DNA from: Octopus bimaculoides
Lineage: Eukaryota
DNA length: 51,831 nt
Assembly (NCBI RefSeq): GCF_001194135.2
Contig: NC_068982.1
Span: 83,566,124 to 83,617,954 of the forward strand
Direction: 5' to 3'
The notes under the pieces were generated by a model. The model saw only the letters and a list, made by a program, of their open reading frames with translations. It was not told the DNA's origin and did no database searches. Positions 22,668 to 33,891 of this stretch are shown here, piece by piece. Numbering within the stretch: the first letter of the stretch is position 1; every line of letters starts with the position of its first letter. The translations under genes were made by a program, and so were the position numbers.

Positions 22668-24523
22668 TCATCATCATCATCGTCATCATCATCATCATTT
22701 AACGTCCGCTTTCCATGCTAGCATGGGTTGGACGATTTGACTGAAGACTGGTGAAACCGGATGGCAACACCAGGCTCCAATCTGATTTGGCAGAGTTTCG
22801 ACAGCTGGATGCCCTTCCTAACGCCAACCACTCAGAGAGTGTAGTGGGTGCTTTTACGTGTCAACCATACAAAGGCCAGTCAGGCGGTACTGGCAACGGC
22901 CACGCTCAAAATGGTGTAATTTATGTACCACCCGCACAAGAAGCAGTCCAGGGGCACTGGCAACGATCTCGCTCGAAAATCCTTATACATGTCACAGGCA
23001 CAAGTGCCAGAAAGGCGATGCTGGGCACAGGTGCTATCCTGATTTCGCTTTCGCTTGCCCCAATAAGTCTTCGCAAGCTGAGTTTCGTGTCCAATGAAGG
23101 AGACGATGTTGGCACGGGTGCCAGTCGTCGAATTTAGTTCGATTTCACTTGCCTAAACAAGTCTTAACAAGCGGAGTTTAGTGTCCAATGTAGGAAAGGT
23201 ACGCATAACTGGGCTAGCTACACCCCTGGCAGAGGCCTTGGATTTAGGTTTCACTTGTCTTGCCAAGTCTTCTCACGCACAGCACATTTCCAAAGGTCTC
23301 GGTCAGAAGTCATCGCCTCGGTGAGGCCCAATGTTCGAAGGTCTTGCCTCACCACCTCAGCCCAGGTCTTCCTGGGCCTACCTCTTCCACGGGTTCCATC
23401 AACTGTTAGGGTGTGGCACTTTTTCACGCAGCTATCCTCGTCCATTCTCACCACATGTCCATACCAGCGCAATCGTTTCTCTTGCACACCACAACTGATG
23501 CTTCTTATGNNNNNNNNNNNNNNNNNNNNNNNNNNNNNNNNNNNNNNNNNNNNNNNNNNNNNNNNNNNNNNNNNNNNNNNNNNNNNNNNNNNNNNNNNNN
23601 NNNNNNNNNNNNNNNNNNNNNNNNNNNNNNNNNNNNNNNNNNNNNNNNNNNNNNNNNNNNNNNNNNNNNNNNNNNNNNNNNNNNNNNNNNNNNNNNNNNN
23701 NNNNNNNNNNNNNNNNNNNNNNNNNNNNNNNNNNNNNNNNNNNNNNNNNNNNNNNNNNNNNNNNNNNNNNNNNNNNNNNNNNNNNNNNNNNNNNNNNNNN
23801 NNNNNNNNNNNNNNNNNNNNNNNNNNNNNNNNNNNNNNNNNNNNNNNNNNNNNNNNNNNNNNNNNNNNNNNNNNNNNNNNNNNNNNNNNNNNNNNNNNNN
23901 NNNNNNNNNNNNNNNNNNNNNNNNNNNNNNNNNNNNNNNNNNNNNNNNNNNNNNNNNNNNNNNNNNNNNNNNNNNNNNNNNNNNNNNNNNNNNNNNNNNN
24001 NNNNNNNNNNNNNNNNNNNNNNNNNNNNNNNNNNNNNNNNNNNNNNNNNNNNNNNNNNNNNNNNNNNNNNNNNNNNNNNNNNNNNNNNNNNNNNNNNNNN
24101 NNNNNNNNNNNNNNNNNNNNNNNNNNNNNNNNNNNNNNNNNNNNNNNNNNNNNNNNNNNNNNNNNNNNNNNNNNNNNNNNNNNNNNNNNNNNNNNNNNCT
24201 GGAGGACTATGATAAATAGGAGGGGGGCTGAGGACGGAACCTTGGTGGACCCCCACTTCTACCTGGAATTCATTACTGTACTCATTTCCAACCCTCACCT
24301 TACTGACAGCATCTCTGTACATGGCTCGCACAGCTCTCACTAACCATTCCTCTATCCCAAGTTTCCTCATTGACCACCAGATAAGGGATCGGGGGACCCT
24401 GTCAAAGGCTTTCTCCATGTCAATGAAAGCCAGGTACAGAGGTTTATCCTTGGCTAGGTATTTCTCCTGCAGCTGTCTTACTAGAAATATGGCATCAGTG
24501 GTGCTTTTACCTAGCACGAACCC
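22668..24523 (-). mobile_element. Young-looking RTE LINE, 5'-truncated, with a 690-N internal gap
   Basis: (CAT)n tail at 22668-22698; ORF 23251-23487 (LRWYGHVVRM, GRGRPRKTW); 24199-24517 (FIDMEKAFDRVPR, HQGSVLSP). Confidence 0.93.
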
Positions 24524-24609
24524 TTAGATATTTGAAAATATACCATCAATTTTGCTCTGATAATTTTGATTTATATGCTGGTCTATCAAGTTGTAAGCTG
24601 AAATTAGGG

Positions 24610-25610
24610 ACCTTAGCAGCAACTTAAATTTAGGTACCTTAAAAGTTAAAGTCAGTTTTCATTATATTTAGGGTGCTGATTTCAAAAATGGCATCAGTTT
24701 CAACCTATCAACCCTACTCAATTAATGGTTGGGTGTTTTGATACAAAAATAACATGCATTAACAGATCACACACAATTAAACAAAGCCACATTGCTAAAT
24801 CAGTTTATTTTAGTACAAAAAAAAAATTGTGCACAGCAATAGAATTCTAATTTAAGTATAAAACCTATAAAATGAAGTGTTATTAAACACATAAGTAACC
24901 TCCTTTATAGCACCATTTAGAGAGAGAGCGATTTACAGCTGAATACTCCAAATGTAATTTGCAATAAAATGTATATCCCATCTTCCCTGGCACCTTTTCT
25001 TCCATTGTTTTTATATCCTGATAAAATATTTCATTTAAATCCATTAACCTTTTTTGGAGAGCTACCTAAGAATTTCATGTTAATTAATTGACTATGATGC
25101 TCATATCACAGCCAAACTTATTAAAATTGGAGAGCATTCAGAAGAGGAAGTTTCTGAAAAAACAAACAAAGACCATGCACAGGGCTTACTGTTGTCCACT
25201 GACTCTATGAAAATAAGAATTTTGAGAAGCTCTTTTATCTGGGAACTTTAAGAAAAACCCTGCCTTGTGATTTTTTTTTTTTTGTACTTGGTCCAAAGAA
25301 TTTATTGCACAAGTAGCCAAAGCAGGAACTATCTTTGTCAAATGCCTTTAATGTTTCTTTGCTAAAATTTAGAAACAGATTTAGTAAAAAGTGGTTATTC
25401 TAATAACATGCAATGCGTTGATGACATTAACATCACTATTAATTAATTAGAACTAATAGGACAAAACAGATGCCATTTTGGGAATCAACATTGTAATGAG
25501 ATCCTAAATTTCAGTGCATGAATGGATACACCAGCAAATAAAGGGCCAGATTTAGTGCCCCAAATAAAAATATTAAATCTAACTTCTAAAGCACCAAAAT
25601 GTGTGCTAGC
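24610..25610. repeat. Possible old DNA-transposon/MITE remnant with imperfect inverted ends
   Basis: TGCTGATTTCAAAAATGGCATCAGTTT (~24634) versus AAACAGATGCCATTTTGGGAATCAACA (~25463); weaker inverted similarity further out. Confidence 0.35.
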
Positions 25611-26479
25611 TAGTAATCAATCCACAATATATGCTAATCAATACATTATTCAATTCAAAAGTATATTTATTGTTAACTTTAAATAATGATAAACATTGAA
25701 TGAAAATTTCACAAGACAAAATACCCTAGTTCTATTCATATTTTCACACTACTTTATATAAAAATGAAATAAAAAGAAAAAGTTGCACTTATTATTTTTA
25801 TAATTATTGCACAAACTGAGACAATGTAAACAATGTGGACATTTTTTGATTTGCAGAGTTCAAGGCAACAGTACTAGTCTTGGTGCTGTGACAAAATGCA
25901 CCTAGTTGACATAGTAAAATGGTTGGCAAACAAGTGGAGATCAGGCAGGATTGAAAGAACCAATATTGTTGTCTTGCTGAGGATATAATCTCTCTTGTGA
26001 TAGTACCATGATAAAATGCAATCAGTAAATTCTGTAAAGTGGTTGGGGAGAGATACGAAGGGGATCCAGTAGTAGAAATCACTGCCAAATTCAACATACG
26101 AATGAGACATGGTCACCCCACTCCACCCGAAATCCTCTACAAAGGCAATAACTCGAAAGAGCGAACTAAAACTGTGGTAACCCTACCATCCCATGCCAGC
26201 AGACATAAAACAATGATAACGATATACAAGATTTTTTCATGAAAATGGTACTATAAACCTTCACACTTGTTGCAATGTGTTGCCCATGAGTTTTCTCCCT
26301 TGTAGCTGCAGGCACCTTGTATTGGCTTGAGAGGGGAGCAAATAAACACTTTGCTAAGTTTATTTCCAGTACTTTAAACTGGAAACAGCCTCCTTTCAAT
26401 TCAGAACAATTCTAAACTTCCATTTTCCAACACCATTTTCATTGTTTATTCACTTGTTATAAAGTATATCATAATTTTT

Positions 26480-28110
26480 TGGATTTTTTTCTGGACAAAA
26501 AAGGCCACTTCTTTGATTTGGACTCAGACAATAATTTTAAAGGATTCACTCAAGCAGATACTGATGGTGAAATGGCTGTACATGATGCTGAGGATGGTGA
26601 CTGTGTTTAAAGTGATAGCGAGTATGATGTACCAAATGGATACTATCACCCACAGTTGGTTGATTTTTCAGGAAATTACTGGCCCCAAGGAGGTACCTGA
26701 TGGCATTTCTGAGGAGCAACTTTTTCATTTCTTCCTTAATGAAGAAATCATAACTTTGTTTTTCAATGAGACAAATATATATCCTAGTCAGGTGAAGAAT
26801 ATATATAAACAAGTAGGTGAAGGCACCTACTTGTTTATCAACATGTGGAAGACACCACTTTTGACGAAATGAGGACATTTGTTGAAATTTTGCTTCTGAT
26901 TGGGTTAACAAAATGTTGAACATTTGATTTACACTGGTCTACTGGTGACTTTATTGAGATGCCAGGCTTCAAACACATCCTAGCAAGAGACAGGTTCCTG
27001 AGAATCCTGTCCGTCTTCCATCTTTCGGACAACTCCAAAGCAAAACCAAGGAATTACCCTGTGCATGATAGGGTACATAAAATCTGACTGCTTTCAGAAA
27101 AGCTTCTATCACCTTAACAGAAAGATTTTTATCCTGAAAAGGTACTTCCAGTGGATGAAAGTATGATTCCTTTCAAAGGAAGAACAGGGCTACAAATATA
27201 AATGCCAGTAAAACCAACCAAGTGGGGCCTGAAATTCTTGGAGGCTAGCTGACGCAAAAATTGGCTACATCTATGATTGGCAGCAGTACTTGGGTCACTT
27301 CTTGTCCTAGTCACCAAGTGTTGGTGTTGCACAAAGAATGTGCAAAATAAGGGACATATCACTTTCATGGATGAGTTTTTTGCATTGCCTGCAAAATCTC
27401 AGGACCTAGCTCAACACAGAACAGGAGCATACAGCACACATGTAAACCACCAGGGCATGCCTAATGAAATCAAAACAAGACACCAAGCAGATGAGCTCTC
27501 TATAACAAAAAGAAATGGACACATTTCATACATTTCCATGTATAACAAAAGGCCTGTGAATCTTCTGAAAACTGCCCACTCTGCTAAGACCTTTAAAAAG
27601 TAAGTTTGATCAAAGCATCATGAAGATCATACCAGGATTGTGTACAAACTTTGTGCTGTGCAGTCCTACTCTCAGCAAATGGTGGCGGATAGACAAAGTG
27701 GACAAGTAGATGACGTATTACATGGTGCAGCACAGATGTACCAAGTGGTTGAAGGAAGTTTTCTTTTATCTTTTTGAAAGATGTTTCTGCACTGTCCTCA
27801 ACATTTGGAAAGCCAAGTCAGCTCACTGGGTCAATGCTGAAAAGTTCAGGCTGAAAATTGTGCATTCTCTACAGGAAGGCTACCAGTCAGGTGCACTTCA
27901 CTGGAGAAGTAGGAACTCAGAAGCCCCTTCCCCAGAAACGCTGGTATTAACAGATTACCACCTTATTATTTGTCCCATATGCCTGAAATCTAGCAGGCTT
28001 TCTTGCCCAGATTCAGCTGTTTGTTCAAAGACAAAGACAAAGAAGAACCACCAGACCCACTACATGTACAGAAAGTTTGATGTAGTACTCTATCCAGAGA
28101 TACCGCAGTC
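26480..28110 (+). mobile_element. Degenerate piggyBac of a second (PGBD4-like) family
   Basis: Acidic N-terminus, TGP..P...LFHFFL..EII...NETN.Y, VDESMIPFKGR (~27150), MPVKPTKWGLKF, FMDEFF, KWLKEVFFYLFE and an eroded Cys-rich tail; TIRs not found. Confidence 0.85.
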
Positions 28111-28231
28111 TGATGGATTGCAAAGTAGAGTACACCATAATCAAGGTATAATAAAAATATGTCAACACATTTGTATTTTTTGTTTCTCAATGTCAAACAT
28201 GCATGCAGAACATATTGCATTATATCAAAAT

Positions 28232-28428
28232 ATTACTCATCCAGTCCTTTATTAGTATACAAAAAAAATCAAGTCTGTACACACAATACAGCAATATTGC
28301 TTTTTTTTTTTTTTGAGGGGTCAAAACCATGAGCACCTACTGTTTTAAAATTATTATAACTTTTGCAGTATTGTGTGTACAGACTTGATTTTTTTTTTTG
28401 TATACTAATAAAGGACTGGATGAGTAAT
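28232..28428. repeat. Inverted repeat, arms 28232-28294 and 28363-28428, 68-nt spacer
   Basis: ATTACTCATCCAGTCCTTTATTAGTATAC(A)nTCAAGTCTGTACACACAATAC and its exact reverse complement, differing in poly-A/T length and one outer base. Confidence 0.93.
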
Positions 28429-28462
28429 TAAAACAATAAGAAAAGCGTTATCTAATATTAAC

Positions 28463-28589
28463 CTTTTTCCGTTCTTGTTTCAATTCTACAACAAGTTGCT
28501 GTATTTCTTTGATTATCTGTATTTGTGTGTTTTCTGCAATTATCTCATGCTGGCCTGCTAGGTCAAAGAGCTCACGCAGTATATCCATA
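28463..28589 (-). CDS. Cip4: Coding exon of the Cip4/FNBP1L F-BAR protein; its 5' start and acceptor lie in the N gap 28590-28713
   Basis: Translates MDILRELFDLAGQHEIIAENTQIQIIKEIQQLVVELKQERKK, with the conserved AGQHE.I.EN and ELKQERK F-BAR motifs; donor AAG|GTTAAT, phase 0. Confidence 0.93.
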
Positions 28590-29251
28590 NNNNNNNNNNN
28601 NNNNNNNNNNNNNNNNNNNNNNNNNNNNNNNNNNNNNNNNNNNNNNNNNNNNNNNNNNNNNNNNNNNNNNNNNNNNNNNNNNNNNNNNNNNNNNNNNNNN
28701 NNNNNNNNNNNNNTTATATATATTGAATCTTACCATAGAATATATATATATATATATATAGATACACACACACACTTATGTACATATGTATACATACACA
28801 AGAGTTGTGCTAAAAGTAATGCAAACAAATATAACTTTTATATTAACTGATATAGTTGTTGAATTTCAAATGGTAAAGTCACACTTCCTCTGTAGTAACT
28901 TACAACTCTCCTACCTGTTATTCATTGCATACAAATAATGGGTTCCAGGCAGTAGCAACATGCTGTCATTCAAGTTCTTGATGAAGGAGGGATGCAGGCT
29001 GTCAGGCATTCGCTGACGGCTACAGGTTGTTTACAGAGGAGATTCCAATTACAAGAACAATGTATGCATATGGATAAAGTTGGCAGCTCTGTCAACTTGT
29101 GTNNNNNNNNNNNNNNNNNNNNNNNNNNNNNNNNNNNNNNNNNNNNNNNNNNNNNNNNNNNNNNNNNNNNNNNNNNNNNNNNNNNNNNNNNNNGTGTGTG
29201 TGTGTGTGTGTGTGTGTGTGTGCACGTGCGTGTATGCGTGCACGCACTGTA

Positions 29252-29460
29252 CTTTTACTCTTTTACTTGTTTCAGCCTTTGGACTGCAGTCATACTAGGG
29301 CACTGCTTTGAAAGGTTTTAGGTTGACCCTGGTACTTATTTAAGTCTGGTACTTAATCTATTGGGCTCTTGTGCCTAACCATTAAGTTATGGGAAAGTAA
29401 ACAAACTAACTTTGATTGTAAGGCAGTAGTGAGGGACAAGCATAAACACAAAGACTCACA
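29252..29460 (-). mobile_element. SINE 3' portion
   Basis: Diverged reverse complement of 42883-43037 (TACTCTTTTACTTGTTTCAG..). Confidence 0.7.
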
Positions 29461-29518
29461 TACTCATAAATATATGTATACAAACATATAAATCATTCAC
29501 ACTCACACACATATAGCA

Positions 29519-29602
29519 ACCATGCCAAATCAGACTGGAGTCTGGTGCAGCCCCTCAGTTTATCAGCATGGACAACAGATGCTAAATGATGATGATGATG
29601 AT
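29519..29602 (+). mobile_element. Short RTE tail fragment, tail-to-tail with the next element
   Basis: CAAATCAGACTGGAGTCTGGTGCAGCC..AGCATGG..AAATGATGATGATG. Confidence 0.7.
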
Positions 29603-29910
29603 GGTCATCATCATCATTTAATGTCTGCTTTCCAGGGCTGGCATGGGTTGAATGGTTTGAGAGGAGCTAGCTAGGCAGAAGACTGTACCATGCTTCACTG
29701 CTTTGGCTTTTATGACTGGATGTCCTTCCTAACACCAACCACTCAACAGAGTGGACTGAGTACTTTTTATGTGGCACCAGCACTGACAGGGTCACCAAGT
29801 AACTTGCAAGACAACAATCCCTTGAGAGGGGATGTAATCTTGCACCAGATGATGAAAAGTTAGAGTGTGACAGAAACAGGTGTCTTGCTGGAGAGGGGGA
29901 GAGAGAGGGA

Positions 29911-29952
<42 letters not shown>

Positions 29953-31700
29953 ATGATCAAGATTGAGGCCAGTAATAACTGTATTGCTGTAGAGGGGATA
30001 CATAACCAGTTAGAGGAATAGGGGAAGAGAGAAAGAGAGTGGAAAAGAGCAAGAGAAAGAGGGAACATGGTAGAGAGCAAGAGAGAGATGGTGGGGAAGT
30101 ACCAGGGCATGTTCAGAAAGAATAGGGATCAGAATATGAATGGGATGGTAGAGAAGAGCCAGGGAGAGATAGTGGTGGCAAAGTGCAAGGGCAGGCCCTC
30201 AAGATACAGGGTCAGAATATAAATGGTAAGGTATTGCCAAGATGCATGAGTAAGGAGTAGAGACTTCACATGAATGCAAGGAGTGAGGGGGTTCAACCCA
30301 CACATTACAAGGAAATTTTTCACACACTCTGCCCCAACAAATCAAACTATATCTCTTCTCTTCTTCATACTTCCTCCTTTCATGCACTCTTGCTCCCCAA
30401 TCCTTTCCTCACTGCTCTGCTCACTGTATCATTGCTATCCTGTTAAAACAATGATACAGGATAGCAATGATACAGTGAGCAGAGCAGTGAGGAAAGGATT
30501 GGGGAGCAAGAGATAGGCATAGTGCATGAAAGGAGGAAATATGAAGAAGAGAAGAGATATAGTTTGATTTGTTGGGGCAGAGTGTGTGAAAAGTTTTCTT
30601 GCAAAGTGTGGGTTGAACCCACTGTGCTTCTAAAACTGTTCCACTGATGATTCACTGGGTCTTCTCAAGAACCTCGTATTGCCAAACATCTCGGTCCATT
30701 GTCATCTCCTCTGTGAGGACTAACATCAGAATGTTGGGTCTCACAGAGGAGATCAGTCCTTACCACTTCATCCCAAGTCTTCCTGTGGGTCTCCCTCCTC
30801 CACAGGTGCCATCCACTATCAGTGACTGGCACTTCGTTATACAGCTGTTTCCATTCATACACATCACATGGCCAAACCAATCTAGTTTTCTTTCTTGCAT
30901 GCTGCGTCTGATTTCTCTTTTGCCAAACCTTTCTCTCAACACATTTGCACTTTGTCATACATGCACATCCAATGCATGTCCTCTGCATTCAGAGCCCAGG
31001 TCTCACAACTGTGGAGTATAGCTGTTCGTACATAAACATCATAAAATCTACCTTTCATTCTGAGAGAGAGTCCTTTTCTTGCTAACAGAGGTAGTAGCTC
31101 TCTGAACTTTCTCCATCTTATTCTTATTCAAGAAACAATATTTCAGAACATCTTCCACCATTGCTAATTTGGTCACATAGGTAACAGAAACTATCCACAA
31201 CCTCAAGGGAGCCTGCCTCATGAGCATTTGAGTGAGTATAATTCCCGTGCGTGTACTTATTGCTTATTGTTCCTGCACATCTGTCACATATGAAGACAGC
31301 TTTATCCTGTTAATCTACCTATGATTCTGCTGCACCTCTTATGTGTTCATAGCTTACACTGGGGGGCAGTGAATGGAATTACTTCCAACTCTTTTTCTAT
31401 ATATTGAGCTGGGGCATTTTTCCTGATGGCTAGATATTCCTATCTGCTTTTTTTGCTAGACAAGTTTTGTCTTAGCTAGGTTAACTTTTAAGTCCTTTAA
31501 TTTCAGGTTTTGTTTTCATACCTGGAATTTCTTCTCCAATTCTACTACAGATACTGCAAAAAGAGCAAGGTCATCAACATATAGTAGTTCCCACAGGCAT
31601 CCTGTTTTGAATTCCTGTTATGACCTGGAGGACTATGATAAATAATAAGGGACTGAACCCTGAGAATTGAGCCCTGGTAGATCCCTACTTCTATGTTAAA
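29603..31700 (-). mobile_element. RTE LINE with a ~1-kb pyrimidine-rich 3' UTR (same subfamily as 43222-45625), 5'-truncated
   Basis: RT end (YVDDL), WFGHVM and CGGGRP (30760-30942); 3' UTR segments such as CACTCTAACTTTTCATCATCTG match 45159-45180. Confidence 0.88.
30289..30620. repeat. Large palindrome: arms 30289-30443 and 30456-30620, 12-nt loop
   Basis: Arms are reverse complements with a few mostly outer mismatches and one 10-nt indel; the inner ~55 bp are perfect. Confidence 0.95.
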
Positions 31701-31704
31701 TTCA

Positions 31705-32032
31705 TCTATATATATAATCCTAAATTAAAAACCACAATTCTTGCAAACAGCTACTGAGGGTTTCCAGGTTGAAATAATAATTTATTCCACCATTTATTAA
31801 GCTGAAAGTAAAACTGTTTGTCAGTTGAGTTTAAACAAGAGATGCTTATAAAGAAGACAAAAAAGAAAAACACATAGGAGATAGCCAACGTTGTAATGAT
31901 TTGATGTCAAAAAAATCTAAACCAGATTTAAGTAAGGCATGTGTAAAATTTGGTTGAAAATTGTAAGAGTAGAAGTAGTTCACACAACATACACACAGAG
32001 ACAACTTGCCTTTTAATATATAAGATATATAT
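31705..32032. mobile_element. Possible non-autonomous Helitron-type 5' ends (A|TCTATATATATAA on +; a second on - entering the gap)
   Basis: TC-initial AT-rich heads followed by GT-rich and AACCAAATTTTACAC-type motifs; no matching CTAG ends identified. Confidence 0.35.
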
Positions 32033-32261
32033 ANNNNNNNNNNNNNNNNNNNNNNNNNNNNNNNNNNNNNNNNNNNNNNNNNNNNNNNNNNNNNNNNNNN
32101 NNNNNNNNNNNNNNNNNNNNNNNNNNNNNNNNNNNNNNNNNNNNNNNNNNNNNNNNNNNNNNNNNNNNNNNNNNNNNNNNNNNNNNNNNNNNNNNNNNNN
32201 NNNNNNNNNNNNNNNNNNNNNNNNNNNNNNNNNNNNNNNNNNNNNNNNNNNNNNNNNNNNN

Positions 32262-32380
32262 TCCCTTCATCGGAGACAGTAATAGTAGAAGAATGGATTA
32301 TTATATCTCCTCTTACTACAAATCTCCTCTTATAGATGTAATAATCCATTCTTCTACTATTACAGTCTCCGATGAAGGGA
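32262..32380. repeat. Inverted repeat, arms 32262-32308 and 32334-32380; left arm abuts an N gap
   Basis: TCCCTTCATCGGAGACAGTAATAGTAGAAGAATGGATTATTA versus its reverse complement, one mismatch in 42 bp. Confidence 0.93.
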
Positions 32381-32414
32381 TACATTGGATTTTCCCTGAA
32401 ACAGCTGTAAGGCT
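32364..32414 (+). ncRNA. Candidate minimal type I hammerhead ribozyme (Penelope-like-element type) with a U4-to-C core variant
   Basis: Helix I AGUCU/AGGCU (5 bp, one G-U), core CCGAUGA, helix II AGGGA/UCCCU with 12-nt loop, GAAA, helix III AC-AGCU-GU (palindromic ACAGCUGU), GUA cleavage triplet ending at 32409. Confidence 0.68.
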
Positions 32415-32856
32415 TTATACATAAATATAATTCTAACTTTGCCATTGGTCTCTTTATCTTTTTCTTTCTTTATACATACACACGCTAATACACAACTTAT
32501 GTTATATTCCCCACTCATGTTGCTACAACGACAGGGGTATAACTAGTCGGTATACAGCACTTATTTGGTATTGCCTGTATCTTTAGGGTTTGGCTGACTC
32601 CAATACCCTTCATAACCTTTATATATATTGGAAGGTTTGGAGGTGATGTACAGAAATTATATAGAAAAATATTTAAGGTACTCAGAAATCTGGATGTTTG
32701 CACATTTACAGATTTTTATTATTAATGTCACATATTAAATAAAGCGCTTTTCACCTAGTCGTGTAGGATTTTCAAATTGTTTTGAGAAGACCTTGCGGAG
32801 GGTCTCTTTATATAGTTTTATTGAGTGTGTAGGGGTGGAGAGAGTGATATATAGGA

Positions 32857-32859
<3 letters not shown>

Positions 32860-32900
<41 letters not shown>

Positions 32901-33020
32901 CCACCATCGCTTGACATCCGATGCTGGTGCGTTTGCATCTCCGTAACTTATCGGGCCGGCAAAAGTGTCTGGGAGGGTTCCAGTATGGCTACAGTCAGAT
33001 GGCTCAAACAAATAATAGAA
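32860..33020 (+). mobile_element. SINE 3' portion preceded by (GT)n
   Basis: (GT)n then CCACCATCGCTTGAC..CGTAACTTATCGGGCCGGCAAAAG, similar to 42883-42920. Confidence 0.65.
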
Positions 33021-33839
33021 TGTATTTATAAAATACACATACATATATTGGGTTATCCCATAAATAATGCTTTTCGGTTGCATGAACTAAATGTTGGAGG
33101 GGTACATAACATTACGATCTATATTTGTAATCCTTTGTAAATGATGTTAAATTATGGGTTGATTTTACTGATGTTACCTGCTGGATGTTGGTTTAATGTA
33201 TCGACCTGTGTGCCTTGATATTCTTGGACTTAAATAACGTTGATGGTGAAATATGGATTTTACCTTGTTACACATTGGATGTTGCGTTATTATGTCGTCC
33301 CGTGTACTTCGGTATTCCTGTGTATGAATTACAAAATTGGATTTTACCTGCTAAATTTGCTGTCCTGAGGGAAGTAATGAATTTTCGTACAATTTAAACT
33401 TAAACTTCTTTTATTAGCCATTAATCTCAACGAATGAACTATTTTACTACGTTTCCCTACGTATTTATTTTATTTTGTTTTTTCTATATTATTTTTTCTA
33501 TATATATATTTTTTTTATTCCACTATATCTGTACCGCTCTATAATATTTTTAATCACCTTTTAATCGCAGTTTATTTATTTATGTTATTCTATTATATTT
33601 TTTAATCGATTTTATTCTTATGTATAAAAATTTTTACTTCCCTTTGCTACTTTGGTTTTGTGGTTTATGCTGTACTTGCTGTATGTGGTCATTGGTGGGT
33701 TATGGCTTTTTGAGTCGCTGACCTAATTGTTTTATTCTGCAATTAATTTTGTACTTTTGTCACAACTAGTTTGAGCACTTCTTATTACAGCCCTGAATAA
33801 ATTCTATTAGTTTCCTAATACAAAACTATTAATATTGAA

Positions 33840-33889
<50 letters not shown>

Positions 33890-33891
<2 letters not shown>

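Noticed and set aside
23255-24517. ORFs of 268-362 aa
   Set aside because: Length comes from reading through a 690-N gap; the same applies to ORFs spanning gaps near 20800, 28600, 29100, 32100 and 42800
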